Shown: in pieces, positions 43,485 through 50,603 of the stretch
Layout: every line of letters begins with the position of its first letter
Position numbering within the stretch: position 1 is the first letter of the stretch
Assembly: GCA_902605215.1 (NCBI GenBank)
Contig: CACLBX010000001.1
Location: forward strand, 35,504-99,503
Reading direction: 5' to 3'
DNA length: 64,000 nucleotides
Origin: an uncultured Pelagibacteraceae bacterium
GTDB taxonomy: Bacteria > Pseudomonadota > Alphaproteobacteria > Pelagibacterales > AG-422-B15
Made by a program: the position numbers and the translations under genes
Notes under the pieces: generated by a model
What the model was told of the DNA's origin: nothing
The model's input: only the letters and a program-made list of their open reading frames with translations
The model's database searches: none

Positions 43485-44783
43485 TTGAAAAATTCTATTG
43501 ATTTATTGCAAAATGAAGACATTGACCTACGATTAAGGACACTCAACCTTATTCGTTGGACAGCAATTCTTGGTCAATTCTCTGCTGTTGTTATAGCCTT
43601 TTTTTATTTCCAAATAGTTTTTAATATTTATATATGTATTTTATTAATCTTACTTAGCGTAACTCTTAATGTAGTAGTAAGTGTTTTGTATCCTTTTACA
43701 AAAATTCTTAATTACAATGAAACTTTTTTTTATTTAGTTTTTGATTTAATCCAATTAATCTTATTATTGTATTTAACTGGTGGACTAACAAATCCGTTCT
43801 CCGTTTTGATACTGGCACCACTTGTAATTGCAGCCACATATTTAGATTTTAGAAGAACAGTTATAATAACAGCAGTTGCTATCGTTTCTCTTAACTTTTT
43901 AGCTTATTATTACTACCCTCTTGAGAGCTCAACTCTAGGTATCGGAAAAGATGATTTTTCTGGATTTGAAATATTTTTAATATGGTCTGCTCTTGTAATC
44001 ACTTCAATTTTTATAACGGCATACTGCTTTAGAGTTGCAGATGACTCAAGGAAAACAAGAGAAGCTTTGAGACAATCACAATTATCATTATCTAACGAAG
44101 AACAAGTTTCTGCTTTAATGAGCCTCACAGCTGCAGCTGTCCATGAACTTGGAACTCCACTATCAACAATTTCAATTATCAGTAAGGAATTAGTTAATAA
44201 TAATAAAGATGGACCCTTAGGTGAGGATTTATTAGTTATTCAATCTCAACTAGAAAGGTGTAAAGAAATTTTAGAACGATTGAGATCTAATAATTTGTCT
44301 GACAAAAGTAATGAATTTATTAATCAATTAACTTTTGTTCGATTGATAAATGAAATTGTTTCATCATACGATGACTATAAAATAAAATTTAACATATTTT
44401 TTGATGACTATTTTGAGAAAGATAAAATTGTTATTCCAAGGTCTGCTGAATTAGTACATTCTCTAACTAATATTATAGATAATGCATTTAAATACGCCAT
44501 AAATTCTGTAGAAATTAGTCTAAAGAATGAAAGGGAAAAAATTATAATCGAGATTGTTGATGATGGTCCTGGTTTTGCATCAGAAATTTACCCATTTCTT
44601 GGTGAACCATATTTAAGCAATAATAGAGATAAAAATAAGGAAGGTCTTGGTTTGGGTTTATTTATCTCGAAGAACTTACTTGCAAAGTCACTTGGAGAGA
44701 TTAAATTCCTTTATAGAAAAAATAAAGGTGGGTGCGTTCAGGTAATTTTAATTAAAAGCGCCTTAGGTCTTCAAAATGAATAA
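43485..44783 (+). CDS. regB: redox-sensing histidine kinase RegB/PrrB/ActS
   Basis: 432 aa from a TTG start. Multi-TM N-half with the quinone-site heptapeptide GGLTNPF, H-box AAVHELGTPLSTI, a Cys in LERCKEIL (redox-box position) and an ATPase domain (GLGLGLFISK). Confidence 0.88.
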   Translation: MKNSIDLLQNEDIDLRLRTLNLIRWTAILGQFSAVVIAFFYFQIVFNIYICILLILLSVTLNVVVSVLYPFTKILNYNETFFYLVFDLIQLILLLYLTGGLTNPFSVLILAPLVIAATYLDFRRTVIITAVAIVSLNFLAYYYYPLESSTLGIGKDDFSGFEIFLIWSALVITSIFITAYCFRVADDSRKTREALRQSQLSLSNEEQVSALMSLTAAAVHELGTPLSTISIISKELVNNNKDGPLGEDLLVIQSQLERCKEILERLRSNNLSDKSNEFINQLTFVRLINEIVSSYDDYKIKFNIFFDDYFEKDKIVIPRSAELVHSLTNIIDNAFKYAINSVEISLKNEREKIIIEIVDDGPGFASEIYPFLGEPYLSNNRDKNKEGLGLGLFISKNLLAKSLGEIKFLYRKNKGGCVQVILIKSALGLQNE

Positions 44784-45327
44784 CATTGAAAACAATTTAA
44801 ATTTGGATAAGTCGTTATTGATACTTGATGATGATGATGTATTTAGAAATAGACTTATCACTGCCATGATAAGAAAAGGTTACGAAGCATACGGCGCTGC
44901 ATCTGTTCAAGAGGCCAAGACTTTATTATCTGAGAAATATCCAAAATATGCTGTAGTTGATCTAAGGTTAGATGATGGTAACGGTTTAGAGATTGTATCT
45001 ATACTTTCAAAACAAAGATCGGATAGTAAAATTGTTATGCTTACTGGATACGGAAATATTCCCACTGCTGTTGCAGCGGTGAAGGAAGGAGCCTGCGACT
45101 ATTTAGCTAAGCCTGCAGATGCAGACGATATTGAAGCAGCTTTAAAAGCACCTTACTCATCTAGTCCGGAACCTCCAAAGAATCCTATGTCAGCTGATAG
45201 AGTGAAATGGGAGCATATACTCAGAGTTTATGAGTTGTGCAATCGAAACGTTTCTGAGACAGCTAGAAGATTGAAAATGCATCGAAGAACACTGCAAAGA
45301 ATACTGCAGAAAAAATCACCAAAATAA
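44776..45327 (+). CDS. regA: redox response regulator RegA/PrrA/ActR
   Basis: 183 aa. Receiver domain plus the near-invariant HTH NVSETARRLKMHRRTLQRILQKKSP. Confidence 0.93.
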   Translation: MNNIENNLNLDKSLLILDDDDVFRNRLITAMIRKGYEAYGAASVQEAKTLLSEKYPKYAVVDLRLDDGNGLEIVSILSKQRSDSKIVMLTGYGNIPTAVAAVKEGACDYLAKPADADDIEAALKAPYSSSPEPPKNPMSADRVKWEHILRVYELCNRNVSETARRLKMHRRTLQRILQKKSPK

Positions 45328-45339
45328 AATTTATAGAAA

Positions 45340-46536
45340 TTAAGCTACTTTACGACCTTTATTGATTTGTTCAAGTTGTGCTAATCCTTCGTTTGCTATA
45401 TCAATTCCTGCAACTTCATCATCTTCAGCGTTAAGCTCTTCCATATTTACAAATTCAGCGTAAGTTTTTCTCGTTCTTTCAGTTATGATATTTGCTTTAA
45501 GTAACGTTTTACACAGTACTCTAAATATGTTGTTACTTTCCATCATTTCTTCGCGTATTACAGTGTCTCGGTCAATCTCTTGCATAAAATGTTTAGTTAC
45601 AAATTTATGATCTAGGCCAACGCTTTGATAGATTGCTTTCTTTTCCCAAGGATTAACAAGATTATAAAGTAAATCTTTGAAAATCATAGCCGACCAATCT
45701 TCTACCTTGTATCTTTCTGATTCTGATAGTTTTGGAACTGTTCTATCTGCCCAAATTTTACCAAACTTATGATGAAAAGCTTCATCGCTCATTGTAAATT
45801 TCAAAAGAGTTTTTAAGAGAGGATCATTTGTATCCTGGTGCGCCATTCCAAAAGCTCCCATAGCAAGTCCTTCAATCATCATTTGCATACCAACAATCTT
45901 TTTATATACAACGTCAGATGACACGATTTGCTCTAAAATTCTTCCAAGAGTTGGACCAACCGGATAAGGAGACCCCCATCTTGCCTTTATATAATTAGTG
46001 AAGCCAGTGACATGTCGAGCTTCTTCACGGGTTTGGTTAGCTGCGTATTCTTGTGCACCTGGATCTTTTAGTACATGACAAAGGCTTGCGCTTAAAGATA
46101 ATGCACCTTGCTCACCATGTAGAATTTGAGAAAGCACCCATCTAAAACTTTCGTTATTTAATTTAATTTTTTGCTTTTCAGTCAAGCTATTAGCAATTGC
46201 AGGAACTCTAAGTTCCATACAAAAGACATTAGGATCGACTATGTATTCATTTTCCATATCAAACGGTTCCTCGAAATCAATATATGACTTGTCATTAGGG
46301 TCCCAAAAATGTTTATGAGTAGCTGATATCATCTGATCAAAACTATCAACTCTTTCAATGTACCTATCTTTTTCTATCATTGGTATGAAATGGCTAGGGT
46401 TGGCGGCGTTATATGCTGGATCTTTATTCATCGCATTTTTTCCATTACGCGACATTTGCCACATTCTTTTCAATTTAAAGATCTGATCTTTTGCATATAT
46501 TTTCGCAAAATCTAATTTTTGTTGTAGTTCAGCCAT
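45340..46536 (-). CDS. ferritin-like diiron-carboxylate protein of unassigned family (possible oxygenase/desaturase-like enzyme)
   Basis: 398 aa. Ligand pattern E142 (HGEQGAL), E172-x2-H175 (REEARH), E222 (MIEGLAMG), E252-x2-H255 (SDEAFHH), with spacing 30/50/30. About 130 aa N-terminal and 140 aa C-terminal extensions have no motif I recognise. Confidence 0.5.
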   Translation of the reverse strand: MAELQQKLDFAKIYAKDQIFKLKRMWQMSRNGKNAMNKDPAYNAANPSHFIPMIEKDRYIERVDSFDQMISATHKHFWDPNDKSYIDFEEPFDMENEYIVDPNVFCMELRVPAIANSLTEKQKIKLNNESFRWVLSQILHGEQGALSLSASLCHVLKDPGAQEYAANQTREEARHVTGFTNYIKARWGSPYPVGPTLGRILEQIVSSDVVYKKIVGMQMMIEGLAMGAFGMAHQDTNDPLLKTLLKFTMSDEAFHHKFGKIWADRTVPKLSESERYKVEDWSAMIFKDLLYNLVNPWEKKAIYQSVGLDHKFVTKHFMQEIDRDTVIREEMMESNNIFRVLCKTLLKANIITERTRKTYAEFVNMEELNAEDDEVAGIDIANEGLAQLEQINKGRKVA

Positions 46537-46560
46537 GGCCTAATTATACATAGTTTGAGG

Positions 46561-46586
46561 CATGATCATAGAAATTTATGAGCATG
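46561..46586. promoter_or_regulatory. imperfect palindrome CATGATCATA-GAAATT-TATGAGCATG in the divergent spacer
   Basis: 10-bp arms with one mismatch, 25-50 nt upstream of the diiron gene start (46536). Regulatory function is inferred only. Confidence 0.35.
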
Positions 46587-46761
46587 CGTTCATTAATAAT
46601 AAAAAATAAACGATTAGATTCAGTAGTTTATAGATATCAGTAAATTATGTCATAATTTTTGCATACTCAATATAGCTGATATTTATATTAGATTATAAAA
46701 GATTTAGTTGTACAAATTAGGTTTTTTTCCATATTTTTAGCCACTATTATAAATACCCATA

Positions 46762-49446
46762 ATGTTACAAAAAATAGAAAATTGGTTTTTCAGATTCCGC
46801 CTTCCAGTTTTAGCTGCATTTGTCCTCATTACAATTGTGATGGCTTATTTTGCAGTCCAGATAAGAATGGATGCAGGTTTTGCAAAACAGTTACCTAACA
46901 GCCATTCATTTGTAAAAACATATTATGAGTATCAGGATGATCTTAGCGGAACAAATAGTATTACCATTGCTTTAAGAAAAACTGAAGGCGATATTTTTAC
47001 TAAAGAATATTTATCAAAGCTCTTTAACTTAAATAACACAATAAGATATTTACCTGGGGTTAACCAGGGATCAATGCAATCTCTATGGACTCCCAATATT
47101 AGAGTAATGAGAGTAACTGAAGAAGGCTTTGAGAGTTCTGAAGTTATACCAGGAACAGTTACTCCAGATAGTCTTACCCCAGAAATAATCGAAAGCATTA
47201 AGGAGAGAATATTAACAGGTGGTCATGTCGGGAGTATTGTGGCAAATGATTTTACTTCATCGCTTATTAAAGTTGAATTAACTGAATACAATCCCAAAAC
47301 TGGTGAAAAACTAGATTACCTCAAGCTTGGTCAAGAAATTGAATCAATAAGAGATGAGTATGAACAGGGCGACTATCGAGTTGAGATAACTGGTTTCGCT
47401 AAGATGATCTCTGACATAGCAAGTGAAGCGTATAATGTTGTCATATTTTTTGGACTTGCATTCTTTCTGACAGTTTTAGCAGTTTATTGGTACTCGAGAT
47501 CTTGGACATTAACATTCCTTCCGTTAATTTGCTCACTTACTTCTCTTATTTGGCAATTTGGAATGCTGAAAATACTTGGATTTGGATTAGATCCTCTTGC
47601 TATTTTGGTTCCATTTTTAGTTTTTGCAATAGGTGTTTCACATGGTATTCAACAGGTGAATCAGATTACTAAGGAAGTTATTGAAGGACAAACAGCTGAA
47701 TATGCTGCAAGGGCATCTTTTTCTAGACTTCTTGTGCCAGGCTCAATGGCACTAGTTACTGATTTGGTAGGATTCGGTACATTAATTTTATTGCCGATTG
47801 GAATGATCCAAGAGCTTGGCATTACAGCTTCCATTGGAGTTGCTTTTAAAATTGTAACTAACCTTATAATGCTGCCACTTGCAGCATCTTACGCAAGATA
47901 TAACAAAAGTTTTGCTACTCGAGCACAGTCTGCAATTTCTTATAGACAAAATCTAATGGGATATTTTGGAAAACTAGCAAGACCTAGAGAAGCCGTTATT
48001 ACTCTATCAGTAAGTGCGGTGTTGTTTGTGGGCGCCGCATATTTGGCAAGTGAGAGGCATGTTGGTGATTTACACGCAGGAGCTCCAGAGTTAAGGCCCG
48101 AAGCAAGGTTCAATCAAGATATAAATGAAATAACAAAAAGATATAATGTTACTACAGATGTTTTAGTTGTGATTACTGAGGCATTGAACACAGGTGGTTT
48201 AAATCCATGCAGATCTACATATGTTGTCGATGCACAAAATAATCTTCATTGGTACTTAGAAAATATTCCAGGCGTAACAAAAGTAATTTCACTTTCAAGT
48301 ATAGCAAAAAGAGCTCTCAGTGGATATGCTGAAGGTAATCTAAAATGGTCTTATCTTCCTCGTAACGCTCAAGCGCTAGGCTTCGCTACAAGCGTTGTAG
48401 ATCCATCTACTGGATTGATAAATGAAGAATGTTCTATTATGCCCATTTATGTTTTCACAGAAGACCATAAGGCTACAACTATTAGTACCGTTATAGAAAG
48501 TGTGGAAGAGTATAATACAAAGTTTCGTGAGTTAGATGACACAATAACATTCAAAACTCTAATAGCTAAGCCAGCAGAAGGAACAGACGTAATACCTTAT
48601 GTTGATAACTTAGGGGGTGAAGAAACCAATATTGAAGATTTATTAGATATTAATAACCCTAAATTATTTACTGACGATGAATTCGCTGACTTTGGATACT
48701 TGAATGGTTTTAATACAAGAAATATTATGCTTGGTCCAGGTCTTATCAATTATTACAGAGACATTGACTCATTCGATGACAATGTAAATTACATGGTGAA
48801 AGATATTAAACAATCAGAAATAACTATTAAAGAATTTTTCAAAAATAATCCTGAATTTGAGAGCATCATATTCGAGTCAGATGAAATTAAAAATAGATTA
48901 GCAAGTGGATCTGTTGGGATTCAACATGCAACCAACGAGGTTATAGAAAAAGGTGAACTACCAATGATGATAATTGTTTACATAGTAATTTTAATACTTG
49001 TATTTGTGACTTATCTTGATTGGCGGGCAACAATATGTTGTACAGTTCCGCTAACATTTGCAACGATGTTAGGCTATGCATTTATGGATCTGGCTCAAAT
49101 AGGCTTAAAGGTGTCTACTCTTCCGGTAATGGTATTAGCAGTTGGTGTTGGTGTCGATTATGCATTTTATATATACAATAGAACTCAGACACGCTTGAAA
49201 GAAGGAATGAATATAACAGAAGCCTTTGAACATACCTTTGCCAATACGGGAGCAGCAGTAGTCTTTACAGCAATTACTCTCGCAATTGGCGTTTCTACTT
49301 GGTCATTTTCGGCTTTAAAATTTCAAGCTGATATGGGATCTTTATTAACATTCATGTTCTTAATCAATATGGTTTGTGCGATGACAACGCTTCCTGCTCT
49401 TGCAGTTATATTGGATAAGCTTTTCCCAAGAAAAATTACTTCTTAG
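46762..49446 (+). CDS. RND-superfamily exporter, MMPL/HpnN-like (12-TM, two large periplasmic loops)
   Basis: 894 aa. Topology is 1 TM, loop, 5 TM (..FFGLAFFLTVLAVYWYSRSW..GVSHGIQQVNQ..), about 300-aa loop, 6 TM (..VGVGVDYAFYIYNR..), typical of COG1033/MMPL transporters. Confidence 0.75.
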   Translation: MLQKIENWFFRFRLPVLAAFVLITIVMAYFAVQIRMDAGFAKQLPNSHSFVKTYYEYQDDLSGTNSITIALRKTEGDIFTKEYLSKLFNLNNTIRYLPGVNQGSMQSLWTPNIRVMRVTEEGFESSEVIPGTVTPDSLTPEIIESIKERILTGGHVGSIVANDFTSSLIKVELTEYNPKTGEKLDYLKLGQEIESIRDEYEQGDYRVEITGFAKMISDIASEAYNVVIFFGLAFFLTVLAVYWYSRSWTLTFLPLICSLTSLIWQFGMLKILGFGLDPLAILVPFLVFAIGVSHGIQQVNQITKEVIEGQTAEYAARASFSRLLVPGSMALVTDLVGFGTLILLPIGMIQELGITASIGVAFKIVTNLIMLPLAASYARYNKSFATRAQSAISYRQNLMGYFGKLARPREAVITLSVSAVLFVGAAYLASERHVGDLHAGAPELRPEARFNQDINEITKRYNVTTDVLVVITEALNTGGLNPCRSTYVVDAQNNLHWYLENIPGVTKVISLSSIAKRALSGYAEGNLKWSYLPRNAQALGFATSVVDPSTGLINEECSIMPIYVFTEDHKATTISTVIESVEEYNTKFRELDDTITFKTLIAKPAEGTDVIPYVDNLGGEETNIEDLLDINNPKLFTDDEFADFGYLNGFNTRNIMLGPGLINYYRDIDSFDDNVNYMVKDIKQSEITIKEFFKNNPEFESIIFESDEIKNRLASGSVGIQHATNEVIEKGELPMMIIVYIVILILVFVTYLDWRATICCTVPLTFATMLGYAFMDLAQIGLKVSTLPVMVLAVGVGVDYAFYIYNRTQTRLKEGMNITEAFEHTFANTGAAVVFTAITLAIGVSTWSFSALKFQADMGSLLTFMFLINMVCAMTTLPALAVILDKLFPRKITS

Positions 49447-50365
49447 TAAGCTGAAGGAAAACGTCCTCTAAATTAGTTTCTATTATCTTCATATCTTCTA
49501 TTTGAGATCCGGACGAATTTACTGCATTAAGCATTACATTAAAATTAATTTCACTGGGTTTATAGTTAATTTGAACTTGCCTATCTCTAATTTGTATATC
49601 CAAACTTAGTTTATTTAATTCTGACAAATCAAAATTGTTATCATAATAGTCAACTATTACTGTCATTTTATCCAAAAAGGATTTTATATTTTTTGTAGTA
49701 TCATGAGCTATTAATTTGCCTTCATTAATAATAGCTATTTCATTACAGAGTTCTTCTGCTTCATGCAAATAATGGGTGGTAATAATTACAGTTTTTCCAT
49801 TTTGATTTAGTTTATGAATATTCTCCCATAAGTTACTTCTAAGTTCTACATCAACACCTGCCGTTGGTTCGTCTAGAATCAATATTTCAGGATCATGAAC
49901 CATTGCTTTGGCAATAAGAAGACGTCTCCTCATTCCTCCAGACAAAGTTCTTGCATAGGCTTTGGCTTTATCTTCTAATGCAAGCAGTCGCAGAATTTCC
50001 ATTGTTTTTCTATCTTTCTTTCTAATGCCATATAAGCCTGCCTGTATCTCTAAAAGTTCGTAAGGAGTAAAAAAAGGATCGATGTTTAATTCTTGAGGTA
50101 CTATGCCCATAAGCCTCTTAGCATCTATTAAATTATTTTCGTGATTGATATTTAGTACTTCAATTTTGCCAGAAGTTTTTTTTGCTAAATCCGCTAGTAT
50201 ATTAATGAATGTAGACTTCCCAGCTCCATTAGGTCCAAGTAAGCCAAATATTGAACCTTTCTTTATACTTAAAGAAATATTATCTAATGCAAGTTTTGCA
50301 TTATCTGAACTTGATTTGTAAACTTTACTTAAATTGTTAACGGCTATTGCTAATTCACTAGTCAT
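49436..50365 (-). CDS. ABC transporter ATP-binding protein (ABC-2/YadG-DrrA type) with C-terminal accessory domain
   Basis: 309 aa. Walker A GPNGAGKST, signature LSGGMRRR, Walker B ILILDEPT. The 3-prime end overlaps the MMPL gene by 11 nt (convergent). Confidence 0.87.
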   Translation of the reverse strand: MTSELAIAVNNLSKVYKSSSDNAKLALDNISLSIKKGSIFGLLGPNGAGKSTFINILADLAKKTSGKIEVLNINHENNLIDAKRLMGIVPQELNIDPFFTPYELLEIQAGLYGIRKKDRKTMEILRLLALEDKAKAYARTLSGGMRRRLLIAKAMVHDPEILILDEPTAGVDVELRSNLWENIHKLNQNGKTVIITTHYLHEAEELCNEIAIINEGKLIAHDTTKNIKSFLDKMTVIVDYYDNNFDLSELNKLSLDIQIRDRQVQINYKPSEINFNVMLNAVNSSGSQIEDMKIIETNLEDVFLQLTKK

Positions 50366-50426
50366 ATTTTTTATTAATTAAGAGAATATATAGTTTTTCA
50401 AAGTAATTTCTTGTATCATTCAGATT

Positions 50427-50603
50427 ATGAATTCTCCAGAAATAAAAAATAATCAAGATGAAAACATTGAGTTAGTTTCATCAAAAAAAGTTAGCTGTAA
50501 TGGCCCTGATGGCCCTCTTGGACACCCTAAAGTTTATTTAGATATGGGAGATAATGAAAGTGTAGTTTGTCCTTACTGCAGTAAAATATTTAAATTGATT
50601 TAA
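50427..50603 (+). CDS. zf-CHCC zinc-finger protein (NDUFS6-like, COG4391-like), 58 aa
   Basis: Not in the ORF track (under 60 aa). My translation: MNSPEIKNNQDENIELVSSKKVSCNGPDGPLGHPKVYLDMGDNESVVCPYCSKIFKLI. The C-x8-H..C-x2-C motif and GHPKVY match the NDUFS6-type zinc knuckle. The stop TAA (50601-50603) directly abuts the polA GTG. Confidence 0.7.
   Translation: MNSPEIKNNQDENIELVSSKKVSCNGPDGPLGHPKVYLDMGDNESVVCPYCSKIFKLI

Noticed and set aside
43430-43546. 39-codon N-terminal extension of the YgjP-like ORF
   Set aside because: It overlaps the regB start and its upstream region on the other strand and is low-complexity. The internal Met at 43429 gives a normal-length DUF45-type protein.
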